Shown here: positions 1 to 11,986 of the stretch, in pieces | Layout of the letters: each line of letters starts with the position of its first letter | Position numbering within the stretch: position 1 is the first letter of the stretch | DNA from: Octopus sinensis | Taxonomy: Eukaryota | NCBI RefSeq assembly: GCF_006345805.1 | Contig: NC_043002.1 | Location: forward strand, 88,722,001 to 88,786,000 | Reading direction: 5' to 3' | DNA length: 64,000 nt | Position numbers and translations under genes: made by a program | The notes under the pieces: model-generated | Told to the model about the DNA's origin: nothing | Databases searched by the model: none | What the model saw: the letters and a program-made list of their open reading frames with translations, nothing else

Positions 1-975
1 TATTATCATCATCATCATCATCATCAGTGTCTTCATCATCATCATCATCAGTGTCATCGTCATCATCCTCATCATCATCACCACCATCATCATAAGTGTC
101 ACTCGTCCTCCTTATCCTCCTCCTTCTCCTACTCATTCTTCTCATCCTCCTCCTCCTGCTCTTCTTCCTTCTCCTTCTTGTCATTCTCCTCCTCATCCTC
201 CTTTTCCTCTTCTTCCTCCTGTTCTTCTTCCTTGTTTCTCGTCCTCCTTCTTATCTTTCTCCTTCTCCTCCTCCTTCTGCCTCCTCATCATCATCATTCG
301 TGTCACCATCAACAGCATCATTATCATCACTATTATCATCATCAGTGTCTTCATCATCATCATCATCAGTGTCATCGTCATCATCCTCATCATCATCACC
401 ACCATCATCATAAGTGTCACTTGTCCTCCTTATCCTCCTCCTTCTCCTTCTCATTCTTCTCATCCTCCTCCTCCTGCTCTTCTTCCTTCTCCTTCTTGTC
501 ATTCTCCTCCTCATCCTCCTTTTCCTCTTCTTCCTCCTGTTCTTCCTTGTTTCTCGTCCTCCTTCTTATCTTTCTCCTTCTCCTCCTCCTTCTGCCTCCT
601 CATCATCATCATTCGTGTCACCATCAACAGCATCATTATCATCACTATTATCATCATCATCATCATCATCAGTGTCTTCATCATCATCATAATCATTGTC
701 ATCGTCGTCATTCTCATCATCATCACCACCATCATCGTTAGTGTCACTCGTCCTCCTTATCCTCCTCCTTCTTATCTTTCTCCTTCTCCTTCTTCTCCAC
801 TTCTTCCTCCTCATCATCATCATTAGTGTCACCATCATCATCATCATCACCATTGTCATCATCATCATCAGTGTCATCATCATCATCATCATCATCATCA
901 CCATCATCATCATGTGTTATTGTCATCCTCATCATCATCACCATTGTCATTGTCACCATCATGGTTGTCATCATC
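1..975. repeat. Higher-order tandem array of compound (CAT)n/(CCT)n microsatellite blocks, ~320-bp period
   Basis: Anchor GTGTCACTyGTCCTCCTTATCC recurs at ~97, ~415 and ~741. The ORFs here are low-complexity translations only. Confidence 0.85.
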
Positions 976-2472
976 TTAATCCTTATTTTCATCATTGTCA
1001 AGACTACTTAAAGATGCAGACTGGCTGACAGTATTGACAAACCATTTCTGTACATTATTGTTTGTGTGTTTTAATGTATGTTTTCTGAAATTCATTATAA
1101 GTACTTAAGTTCGTTATACTTTCAGGAAGTTCATTCCATACCCTACAGTATAATTTTATGCTAATGATTTTTCTAGTTTTTTTTTTCCAATTCCACTTTT
1201 ATTTTATTATTTTATTTTCACTTCCATTTCGGCATTTTCTGGCTGACACCATTTACTCTTTTGCTTGTTTCAATCATTTGACTGTGGCCTTGCTGGAGCA
1301 CTGCATTAAAGAGGTTTTTTAATCAAACAAATCAACCCTAGGACTTATCCTTTCTAAGCCTAGTACTTATTGTATCGTTCTCTTTTGCTGAACCGCTATG
1401 TGTATGTGTGTGTGTATGTATACATGTATGAGTATATATCCTTATGCGTTAAATGTATACATTTTTTTCTGTCACTTGTATTTTTATAATAATTTTCTTC
1501 TTCATATATTCGTTTTTTGTTCCTACTTTTTCCTGATTGTCTCCCCTACCCCGGGCTAGTTTTTTGAGTAAGGTAACTATCTTGAATACACCAACCGTTT
1601 TTTTTCCTTGTTAAGTTCTCTTTAGCTTTTTCTCTGCATGTATGTACATTTTTACTTAAATATTGTAACTTTTTTTCAAACAGTCTTGCCTATAACTTTT
1701 TAGCCTCATGTAAAAAATATATATATATTTCGTTTTTCAATATTAATATGTTTATGTATAATTCTCGATGGTTTTTTTTTCTACTAGTCCACCCGTTACA
1801 TTATAATCTACTATACACACATGGCCCTGTTTATTATACTTAGTCTCAATCTGTTACCACTTTTTAAAACGTATCCGTTAGATTTTTATTCTTATTTTTA
1901 TGTTATAGTCTACTGCACATATAGACGTGCATACACATTGATATGCCTGTCTTTTTTCTCTTTCATCTCTCTTACTATTATTATTACTGTTATTTTTTCC
2001 CTTTTACAACTAGCTTGTAAATATCCGATTTCTTTCCCAATTACCCCATTTGTATTCTCCCTTATTGTAACTTATTTTAATTTTCTATATTTTATTAAAC
2101 CTTTTTTGATGTCCTTACAAAATTTTCTACCACTGATGAAAATGACAATGCATAAATTTAATTATAATTACTATAGTTATAATATTTTTCTTACATATTT
2201 GTATTGTCCTTTGAAACATGCGTATGTATCGAATCCTATTTTGTATTAAATCTAATTTTGATTCAACACCTTTTTCTCCTCCATTTTTCTATACTTGTTT
2301 AGGATATATCTATACCTATAACGATATTTTTCAACAATTATTTTCGTATTCTTATTACTTGCTCTGGCTGTTTTTTTATGTATATGATGAATCTTTATTA
2401 GAAATCATTCTTTCTCACTTTTTGGATCGCTCAAAAAGTTTGAACTGTTCTCTTTTGAACTTATTTTTCCCT

Positions 2473-2503
<31 letters not shown>

Positions 2504-2867
2504 AGTCACAATATAAAGATTCAAGTAATCTAGTAGTGCTCATAAAAAAGTTCCTTAATGCATCATTCTACAAAACAGAATATGTAGTACAATACAAGAG
2601 AAAACAACAAGGAATGTATAAAGTCATAAATTTATTAATTTCAGGATTGTTTATATTAATGCAGAAATGTAAGTAATTTACTGGTGGTATACTGTACAAT
2701 TGGAACTGGTTGTGGTGCATCCCTCAGTACGGGCACATCTCATCAGGTGATGTTATAAGGGGTCTCTCATTGAATAAACTACGTTTTGCTTTGTTTTTAT
2801 ACAGCATTGTTAGTGACTGCAGGTTTAAGCCATTAGGCAAGAATGCTCAATGTTTGTGTGTATACAC

Positions 2868-2937
<70 letters not shown>

Positions 2938-2938
<1 letters not shown>

Positions 2939-3158
2939 TGAAGGGGTAGTGAAAAGTTTCTAGCTTTGGGTATAAGAAAATACAGGAGGATCAGTTAATT
3001 ATGATTTTATTCAACATATTTCCCTCTCAGAGTCACACACTTCCTGCAGTGGTCCTTCAGTTTTTCTAAGCCCTGTAAAAGAAATCGGAAGGTTGGGCCT
3101 CCAACCAGGCCTTTCATGATACCCTTAAAGCTAGGAAGTTTTCAGCACTCCCTCATAT
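2938..3158. mobile_element. Mariner-type MITE
   Basis: Imperfect terminal inverted repeats ATGAAGGGGTAGTGAAAAGTTTCTAGCTTT / AAAGCTAGGAAGTTTTCAGCACTCCCTCATA. No ORF. Confidence 0.65.
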
Positions 3159-3169
3159 GTATATGCAAC

Positions 3170-3325
3170 ACATTTCTTTCAGTTTCTGTCTACCAAATCC
3201 ACTCACAAGGCTTTGGTCATCCTGAAGCTATAGTAAAAGATATTTGCCCAAGATGCCATGCAGTGGTACTGAACCCAGAACCATGTGATTGGGAAGCAAA
3301 CTTCTTACCACACAGTCATGCCTAC
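3170..3325 (-). mobile_element. SINE family B, 5' fragment
   Basis: Matches the head of the fuller family B copies at 25589 and 61108. Confidence 0.75.
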
Positions 3326-3847
3326 ACCTATTTGATCATTTATTCCAGAATTTTTTCCAAAATAATAAATTTAGTTTAATTATAATTCAGAATAAGTTTA
3401 TTGATTTCATCCATCTATCTTGTTCAGTTAATTTGGCATTCATCATTATCAGAGAACTTAGTAATAGAGCTCTCATTAAGTGAGTTAATGGCACATTATA
3501 CAGCTACAGTCCATATAGCCATATATGGGTTGTTAAAGCAAAAAGCACAAATTTCCATTTCCCTATTACATTCACATATATTTGTGGTCAAAATATTCGC
3601 CAGTGCATCATTTTTTACACTTCACTAATTATTTTTAAAAACATAATTTCTTCCCACATTTGACCTTTTCTTAACTTGCAAGCCATTTCAATTGTTTTGG
3701 GTAATGTTCAAAACAATTTGCATTAGATTCCCCTGTGAAGGACCATCGTTTGATCCTTGAGTGCATTCTACTATAAATACTTGCATCGGTTTAATAAGGC
3801 TTTGACTCTATTTTCCATTCTGAAAAGCATTCATTTTTGTCCCATTA

Positions 3848-3887
<40 letters not shown>

Positions 3888-4114
3888 ATGTGTGTGTGTG
3901 CGTGTGTGTGCATGTGTGTGCTTGGGTGAGTATGTATATATATAAGTGTGTATGTGTGTGCATATGTGTATGTGTGTGCATATGTGCATGTGTAAATGCA
4001 TGTGCATGTATGTGTGTATGCTTGTGTGTGCATGTATGCATATATAAATATATGTGCATGTATGTGTGTGCATTTGTGTGTGTGCATGTGTGTAGTGTAT
4101 GAATAAATAAATAT

Positions 4115-4347
4115 ATTTCTTTACTGCCCACAAGGGGCTAAACATAGAGGGGACGAACAAGGACAGACAAAGGAATTAAGTCGATTACATCGACCCCAGG
4201 GCGAAACTGGTACTTTATTATCGACCCCGAAAGGATGAAAGACAAAGTCGACCTCTCAGTGGAATTTGAACGCAGAACGTAACGACAGACGAAATACCGC
4301 TAAGCATTTCACGCAGCGCGCTTATGTTTCTGCCAGCTCGCCGCCTT
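4115..4347 (-). mobile_element. SINE family A (tRNA-like head AAGGCGGCGAGCTGGCAGAA..., body GGTCGACTTTGCCTTTCATCCTTTCGGGGTCGATAAA)
   Basis: Near-identical to copies at 5012, 7602, 18745, 22961 and 33362. Confidence 0.85.
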
Positions 4348-5011
4348 GAGTAAATAAATATATATATATATAAATGTGTACATGTACATGCGTGTGTATC
4401 TGTGGGATGTGTGTATGCATGTTTATATAAATCAGTGTGCATATGTGTGTGTGTGCATGTATGTGTACATGTGCATATATGTGTGCGTGTATATGTGTGC
4501 ATGTGTGTTTGTGTGTGTGTATGTGTGGGGTGTGTATGTATATATAAATGTGTGTGCATGTTTGTGTGTTTGTGTGTGTGTGTGCACATGTGTTGTGGAT
4601 GTGTGTGTGTACGTGTACATGTGCATGTATGTGTGTGTATATGTGTGCATGTGTGGTGTTTGTGTGTGTGTATGTATATATAAGTGTGTATATGTACTTG
4701 TGTGTGTATGTGTATTTATTTATAAATATGTGTGTATACATGTACATGGGTGTGTGTGTATATATGTATATATAAGTGTGTATATGTGCTTGTGTGTGTG
4801 TGTATGTGTGCATGTGCATATGTATTTATTTATAAATGTGTGTGCATGTGTGTTGTGTCTGTAGCAATCTAAATATAAATATATGTGCATGTATGTGTGT
4901 ATGCTTGTGTGTGTATGCTTGTGTGTGCATGTATGCATATATAAATATATGTGCATGTATGTGTGTGCATTTGTGTGTGTGCATGTGTGTAGTGTATGAA
5001 TAAATAAATAT

Positions 5012-5245
5012 ATTTCTTTACTGCCCACAAGGGGCTAAACATAGAGGGGACGAACAAGGACAGACAAAGGAATTAAGTCGATTACATCGACCCCAGGGCG
5101 AAACTGGTACTTTATTTATCGACCCCGAAAGGATGAAAGACAAAGTCGACCTCTCAGTGGAATTTGAACGCAGAACGTAACGACAGACGAAATACCGCTA
5201 AGCATTTCACGCAGCGCGCTTATGTTTCTGCCAGCTCGCCGCCTT
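5012..5245 (-). mobile_element. SINE family A (duplicate of 4115-4347)
   Basis: Lies in the second unit of the 898-bp tandem duplication. Confidence 0.85.
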
Positions 5246-5894
5246 GAGTAAATAAATATATATATATATAAATGTGTACATGTACATGCGTGTGTATCTG
5301 TGGGATGTGTGTATGCATGTTTATATAAATCAGTGTGCATATGTGTGTGTGTGCATGTATGTGTACATGTGCATATATGTGTGCGTGTATATGTGTGCAT
5401 GTGTGTTTGTGTGTGTGTATGTGTGGGGTGTGTATGTATATATAAATGTGTGTGCATGTTTGTGTGTTTGTGTGTGTGTGTGCACATGTGTTTGTGGATG
5501 TGTGTGTGTACGTGTACATGTGCATGTATGTGTGTGTATATGTGTGCATGTGTGGTGTTTGTGTGTGTATGTATATATAAGTGTGTATATGTACTTGTGT
5601 GTGTATGTGTATTTATTTATAAATATGTGTGTATACATGTACATGGGTGTGTGTGTATATATGTATATATAAGTGTGTATATGTGCTTGTGTGTGTGTGT
5701 ATGTGTGCATGTGCATATGTATTTATTTATAAATGTGTGTGCAAGTGTGTTGTGTCTGTAGCAATCTAAATATAAATATATGTGCATGTATGTGTGTGTG
5801 TATACGTGTGCATGTGTGTATGTATGTGTATATGCATGCGTGTGCATGTGTGTGTGCATGCGTGTGCATGTGTGTGTGTGTGTGTGCAAGACAA

Positions 5895-6155
5895 AGACAA
5901 TGGTTATTAGTAAGACAGAACAAAAGTAAACAAATATAGAGGTAGACAAACAGAAACCAGAGCAAGTAAAATACTTCAAGCATTTGTGACAAATAATAAA
6001 ACAAGAAGACAGCTGTGAAGAAGTTGCTCAAAGAATAAAAAAAGTCAAAGCAACATTTATAAGAATATAAAAAGTTATTCACCTAAAAAAAAGTCATTCA
6101 CTGCATCAAAGATTGAGGACTGAAAACGGTTATATTATGGCTGTGAAGGTTTGTG
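5895..6155 (+). pseudogene. Decayed RTE-like LINE reverse-transcriptase C-terminal fragment, part 1
   Basis: Frameshifted translation EQVKYFK(Y)L..IIKQEDSCEE..QRIKKVKATF.R.KKL...(L)YGCE matches the RTE motif FKYLG...LLYGCE.W. Confidence 0.65.
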
Positions 6156-6180
6156 GTTCTGTGGTTACTCTCTTTACTCA

Positions 6181-6600
6181 TTTTACTCTTTTTACTCTTT
6201 TACTTGTTTCAGTCATTTGACTGTGGCCATGCTGGAGCACCGCCTTTTTAATTGAGCAACTCGACCCTGGGACTTATTCTTTTGTAAACCCAGTACTTAT
6301 TCTATCGGTCTCTTTTGCCGAACCGCTAAGTAACGGGGACATAAACACACCAGCATCGGTTGTCAAGCAATGCTAGGGGGACAAACACAGACACACAAAC
6401 ACACACATGCGTATATTTATATATATATATACATATATACGACGGGCTTCTTTCAGTTTCCGTCTACCAAATCCACTCGGAAGGCTTTGGTCGGCCCGAG
6501 GCTATAGTAGAAGGCACTTGCCCAAGGTGCCACGCAATGGGACTGAACCCGGAACCATGTGGTTGGTAAACAAGCTACTTACCACACAGCCACTACTGCA
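6181..6600 (-). mobile_element. SINE family B, full length (tRNA-like head GGCGCAGGAGTGGCTGTGTGG, internal TA/CA tract, (AAAGAGT)n tail)
   Basis: Multi-copy in this window with head, body and tail present. Confidence 0.9.
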
Positions 6601-6604
6601 CCTA

Positions 6605-6895
6605 GGGTATTTGGCTTGCAATCATAAGGTCAAGAGTACGATTCCTGGTGGCGTGTTGTGTCCTTGAGCTTGACAGTCTATTTCACATTACTCCAGTCCA
6701 CTCAGCTGGCAAAAATGAGTGGTACCTGTATTTCAAAGGGCCAGCCTTGTCACATTCTGTATCATGCTGAATCCCCTCCTGAGAACTATGTTAAGGGTAG
6801 ACAGGTCTGCGGAGTGCTCAACTGCTTGCATGGTAATTTCATGAGCAGGCTTTTCTGTTGACTGGATCAACTGGAACACTCTTCATCATAACCAA
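6605..6895 (+). mobile_element. SINE family E (CORE-like block TGTGTCCTTGAGC...CTCCAGTCCACTCAGCTGGCAAAAATGAGT)
   Basis: Related copy at 20432-20688. The superfamily assignment is tentative. Confidence 0.6.
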
Positions 6896-6920
6896 TAGAG
6901 TACTAGTTATATTACGATAA

Positions 6921-7383
6921 GGATCTTTTCGGTTTGAACGGCAGTTTTTTCTAGCGGTGTCATATGAAATTGTCACCCATAATTATGACCCTAGAATCGA
7001 TCTATTGCATTTCAATCTCTTTTAGGGTTAGGGTTAGTTAGGGTTAGTTAGGGTTAGTTAGGGTTAGGTTTAGGGTTAGGGTTAGGGTAGGGAAAGGGTA
7101 TCTTTTTTTCTTCAGAAATGTAAATAAACCCAATCTGTTTCTTAAACGAGGGACATATTCTTATGGCACAGAATGCTTTTTAACTCAATAGACATCACTG
7201 ATTGGTTGAAATTGCAGAAATTGAAGAAAAAAAACAACAAATATCTTACAAACTATCGAATTTTCTCAATAAAAGCAAGAGAAAAAGATGTTTTATAAAC
7301 ACATTCTACCAGTATATGAAGTTTAAAATTTTTTAATTACTGAGAAATTATGTTAAAAATTGCCGTTCAAACCGAAAAGATCC
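6921..7383. mobile_element. hAT-type MITE with internal (TTAGGG)-like tract
   Basis: TIR GGATCTTTTCGGTTTGAACGGCA / TGCCGTTCAAACCGAAAAGATCC. 8-bp TSD TACGATAA (6913-6920) / TACGACAA (7384-7391). Second copy at 55023. Confidence 0.9.
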
Positions 7384-7399
7384 TACGACAATTGTCCTC

Positions 7400-8050
7400 T
7401 TTGGAGCAGGAGCTTGAATAATGTACACAGCTATGGAGAAAAAAATAGCAGTCTTTGATATGTAGATCTTCCATTGATTGGGCAGGTTAAACTGGAAAGA
7501 CAAGGTTATAAATGCTGCAGTACTAGAAAAGCTAAGAATCCAAAGACATCTATCATCAAGTATCTAGTCCACAAAGCTGTCTTATTATTTTGGACATACC
7601 TATTTTTACTACCCACAAGGGGCTAAACACAGAGAGGACAAACAAGGACGGACAAACGGATTAAGTCGATTATATCGACCCCAGTGCATAACTGGTACTT
7701 AATTTATCGGCCCTGAAAGAATGAAAGGCAAAGTCGACCTCGGCGGAATTTGAACTCAGAACGTAACGGCAGACGAAATATCACAAAGCATTTCGCCTGG
7801 CATGCTAACGTTTCTGCCAGTTCGCTGCCTTTATGGTACATACTATGTACCATAAGTCACTGCCCAAGATCATTCTAGCAGGAGCTGTTGAGGCAAAGAG
7901 AGCAAGAGGCCATCAAAGACGTTTGCGCATTGATGACCTCAAAGAATGGACTGGGAACAAGTGCCTGGTTGATTGTATGCATGCAGCACAAAAGAGGGAA
8001 ACTGGAGAGTTGCACCAAGCTGATCTTTGGACACAAGGAAGACAATACCT
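7400..8050 (+). pseudogene. Decayed RTE-like LINE C-terminal fragment, parts 2-3, split by SINE A
   Basis: TAMEKKIAVFDM..; LNWKDKVINAAVLEKL; LPKIILAGAVEAKRARGHQRRLRIDDLKEWTG, matching the RTE motif GKRPRGRPRRRW.DD.KEW. Confidence 0.75.
7602..7831 (-). mobile_element. SINE family A inserted into the RTE remnant
   Basis: Full head and body match the other family A copies. Confidence 0.85.
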
Positions 8051-8976
8051 GCATGATGGCTGATATGTGAACACATAAATGCAAGACAAGCTTGGGGAAA
8101 ATACTACAGAAATAGTGTTAGGGTTTTATTAAACCTGAAAAACTTCACAAACTATTGCTCTGCATTTTACGTAAGCAATCATTGGAGAGAAACTAACTTT
8201 TGAAACAATACAGTAGTTTCAAATGTTGAAGGAAGCAATCAAAGGAAGCAGTTCATCAAATAAGCATTTAAAGCTAATTGGACCGGATTTTTCATATTTC
8301 ATGATCAATGGAATCGTTTAGGTAAGTCAATTAACCATTGAGGAAAATAACATAAACATTAATGATGAGAGAAATAAAGTTAAATAAAATGAAGTGTTAT
8401 GCTTTCATGAAGGGAAATTATAATTTCTGTTAGCAAAGAGAGAAAATTAAGCGAAGGCCAATTTAGATTTTAAGAAATATAGATGAAGTAAGTTGACAAA
8501 TAAAATTACAACTCAAATAAGAGCAAACAAGTATATAAAGAAATAAATAAATTTGACATGGAGGATAGGATGCAAAAATAAATCAAAGAGGAAAAGGGAG
8601 TGAAAGAAGGTTTATGTAAGAACAGGAAGGGATGAGAAAATAAAAAGAGGGGTTTGTTTAGGTAGTTATAGAAGCTATAAATAATCAACTTAGCCAACAG
8701 ATTCAATCAATTTTGAAATGTGACAACCCCAGTCCAATCAACTTTAAATGATTTTTTTTTTTTTGAGAGGAAATGGAGTTACTCAATTACATCATACCCA
8801 TACCTGAACTTAACTGGCTATTAATTTTAGTGACACTGGGGAAAGTTGAAAGTTAAATTTGACCTTGATAGTTTTGAACTCAGGATGTAAAAAAGCCAAA
8901 ACTAATGCTACTAAGTATTTTATCCAATGATCTATTCAGTCAGCAAATTCGCTACCCTAACAATAATACTAATAAT

Positions 8977-8985
8977 AATAATAAT

Positions 8986-9044
<59 letters not shown>

Positions 9045-9085
9045 TAATAATGATAATAATGATGATGATGATGATGATGATGATA

Positions 9086-9157
<72 letters not shown>
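8977..9157. repeat. Compound (AAT)n-(GAT)n microsatellite
   Basis: Read directly from the sequence. Confidence 0.95.
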
Positions 9158-9387
9158 TTTCGTTTTTGGATTTGGTTTGCAAGATTCTTTATATGCAAGA
9201 TTCGTGTGTTGAAGCATATTCTGTTGTGTCTGGGGAGAGTCATTCTCTTTTAGTGCCTTATGATTTAACACACTCACCGGTAAAATTTCCACTTATTTCC
9301 TTCTTTATTTTTCTAAAATTTTCGTTGCATCTTGCAACCTTTTCAATAGTCTTGAGTCAAGACTCGTACCCAAATCTTCAGCAATAA

Positions 9388-9865
9388 TGGACTGAACTGA
9401 ACCATAACTAATCTGCAAATCCTCTGATAACTCACAGATGGTAATTCAATGACTTCCTCTTACAGCTGCATGCACATCTACGATGTTTTTCTCAGTTCTG
9501 CTGGTTCCAGGTCTCCCAGAATATTCATCAATAGAGACATTTTTTCAGCCATCTTAGAAATGTCTGAACCACTTGTACATTTGTGTGTGGCTCATACACT
9601 CCTCTCCATACACTTTCTGCAACTTTGCATTGGCCTCTGAGCAGGTATCACCATGACAACTTTTCCTGTCATGGCCAATGCAATGATCACACGCTACATA
9701 CGTTCCTTTCAAGTACTGCTGTAAACAGTGGAAGTGAGCGAGAATGTTAAAACTTAGTGCACATACACTGCAGAGTTCAAGGTCAATCTTTGCCAAGCAG
9801 TTTTACTCAGCATGCTTTAGCTTCATTACTATGACAACAGTCCAGACACTTATTGATCAAACCTT
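9388..9865 (-). mobile_element. Mariner transposon 5' remnant (HTH region plus left TIR)
   Basis: ORF 9554-9796 ends CSEANAKLQKVYGEECMSHTQMYKWFRHF, a mariner N-terminal HTH. TIR-like GATCAATAAGTGTCTGGACTG also seen at 49020. Confidence 0.8.
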
Positions 9866-10134
9866 GTAAAATCCTGATAAAATTCTGTTACACTTGCACA
9901 CAAACTAACATGTGATAGCAAAAATGTGCTGTTTTTTTTTTAAATCTATAATATATTAGCTTTGATATAATAAACTAATAAATATGAATTAGATTTATCA
10001 CATAATTTTCTCGATGTCACAATTTTGTTCAGCAGAATAATCACTTTCAAGAGCAAGTGTAATTTACAAAGACAGAGTTTGAAGTTAAGGGTACCCATGC
10101 CAGTGACACATGAAAGACATCCTGTATACTCTAT

Positions 10135-10438
10135 GTTGTTTGTTCCTTCTCGAGCCATGCCTGGCTCATAAGGGCCGGTTTCCCGGTTTTTTGGCGTATA
10201 GGTTCCCCACCTGGACGGGTCGCCGGTCCGTCGCAGTTGAGCGGCAAGATGCAGGAGGAAAGAGTGAGAGAAAGTTGTGGCAAAAGAGTCAGCAGAGATT
10301 CACCATTACCTTCTGCCGGAGCCGCGTGGAGCTTAGGTGTTTTGCTCATAAACACACACATCACCCGGTCTGAGATTCGAACCCGCAATCCCTCGACTGC
10401 GTGTCCGCTGCTCTAACCACTAGGCCATGTGCCTCCAC
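10135..10438 (-). mobile_element. SINE family C (tRNA-like head GTGGAGGCACATGGCCTAGTGGTTAGAGC...GGTTCGAATCTC, (AAC)n tail)
   Basis: A- and B-box-like motifs. Copies at 20694 and 37069. Confidence 0.9.
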
Positions 10439-10535
10439 TCTGTAGACTCTATGGAGTGGTTGGTGCTAGGAAGAGCATCCAACCATAGAAACTAAGCCAA
10501 AACAGACTGCAGCCAAGTGCAGCTCTCCAGTTTTA

Positions 10536-10877
10536 AGGAGTTCTCAGCCATTTTTCATCTTTGGACCCCTTTTGATAACTATTATATTTTGGTGAACCCC
10601 CATAGCCATTTGATGTTTAAAAACTAGTTTTATAGAAACTTCTTTCAAAATTCTTATTTTGTTATTCACACATTAACTTGTGTAGGTTGAACTATATTAA
10701 AATGCTAGAGAAATAAACCTAGCTGTTTCCTGCAATACATACATCTAAAGCAAAATTTTTTTTCAGAGACCCTTAAAATACTTATTGTGGATCCCCAATT
10801 AGTTATTTTGTTGTGTGGACCCCCAAAAATCTGATATAGACCCTCAGGGGTCATGGGGACTCTGGTTGGGAACCACT
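10536..10877. mobile_element. Probable hAT-type MITE, decayed
   Basis: Right end GGTTGGGAACCACTG is a typical hAT terminus (CAGTGGTTCCCAACC). The left end is degenerate. Confidence 0.4.
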
Positions 10878-10914
10878 GGCCTAACCCACGCCAGCTTGGA
10901 AAACGGACACTATA

Positions 10915-11156
10915 TGATGATGATGATGATGATGATGACGATGACAACTACGATGATGATGACGACGACGATGACAACAATGAGGCTGACGATGACAACA
11001 ACAATGATGACGATGATGATGATGCTGACAATGATGATGATGATGACGATGATGATGATGATGACAATGACAACTACGATGATGATGACGACGACGATAA
11101 CAACGATGAGGCCAAAGATGACAACAACAATGATGACGATGATGATGATGCTGACA

Positions 11157-11196
<40 letters not shown>

Positions 11197-11207
11197 GGAT
11201 GATGATG
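10915..11207. repeat. (GAT/GAC)n microsatellite with internal ~126-bp duplication
   Basis: CAACTACGATGATGATGACGACGACGAT occurs at ~10945 and ~11071. Confidence 0.85.
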
Positions 11208-11986
11208 AAAGCATAATAGTCTAAGTATTTTATAATTCAAGGTGTTCAAGGAGTGAATCGTTTTGTTTTTTGGGGGTTTATTCTTAATGTAACTTATCTT
11301 TATTTGTCACTATCCTCTGCTTTTCATTTATATTTTATAGACCTGCATTTATTTTTTTGACATTTCCATATTCCATCACATACCCCCTCCTACTCCTTGA
11401 TTCACTCCTATTCATTTCACTTCTCTCCAAACTAATATTCACCATTGACCATGCCTCCACCATGTGCCCCATTCACTGCCCCTCACCTCTAGCCCCAGTT
11501 TTAATAATCTGTAACACCTCCTTTCACACTCCAGTGCATTTGCCTTCCCTCCAACCCTTTCTGTTTTTCTATCCCTATTCTCTGTCTTGCATCTGACTCT
11601 CTCTTTCTCTCTCTCACCTCCCCCCTCCCATCTGTAGAAGCCATGTATATCCTCTTCAGCAAAACACCTCTTCCTGTCCCTCTATCATAATTCAACCTCC
11701 CTCAGTGCTATACTCCCACTCAGTTGAAGGGTTTCATCTTGAAAGTTACATGGTAACCTCACTAGTGCAGGTGCCACAAAAAAAAATGCACCCAGTACTC
11801 TCTGTAAAGTAGTTGACATTAAGAAGGTCATCCAGCCATAGAAACATGCCACCAAAGCAGACATCGGAGCACAATGCAGTTCTTGGATGCATTAGTTCCT
11901 GTCAACCTGTCCAGCCCATGCCCAATGGAACATTGACATTGAATGATGTTGATGTTGTTGATGATGATGACTTATATACGTATATA

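Larger units (their letters stand above)
3950..5765. repeat. ~898-bp tandem duplication of (TG)-rich sequence containing a SINE A copy
   Basis: The same 123-aa ORF appears at 4218 and 5116. The units differ mainly by 1-bp indels. Confidence 0.9.

Noticed and set aside
96-1028. Long ORFs rich in Leu, Ser, His, Asp or Met
   Set aside because: They are pure translations of CAT/CCT microsatellites and are open in many frames on both strands.
3808-5979. Cys/Val and His/Thr-rich ORFs
   Set aside because: These are (TG)n/(CA)n translations. The same applies at 42949-43204, 44712-45228 and 53764-54295.
7021-7090. Telomere or chromosome end
   Set aside because: The TTAGGG tract is internal to a TIR- and TSD-bounded MITE that is present twice.
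8275-8321. Candidate coding exon (FKANWTGFFIFHDQWNRL) ending at GTAAGT
   Set aside because: The acceptor is weak and I recognise no homology; it cannot be supported without RNA data.
10380-10438. tRNA-like sequences here and at 20694, 27170, 37069 and 53052
   Set aside because: They are SINE heads followed by the family body, and no complete cloverleaf is evident.
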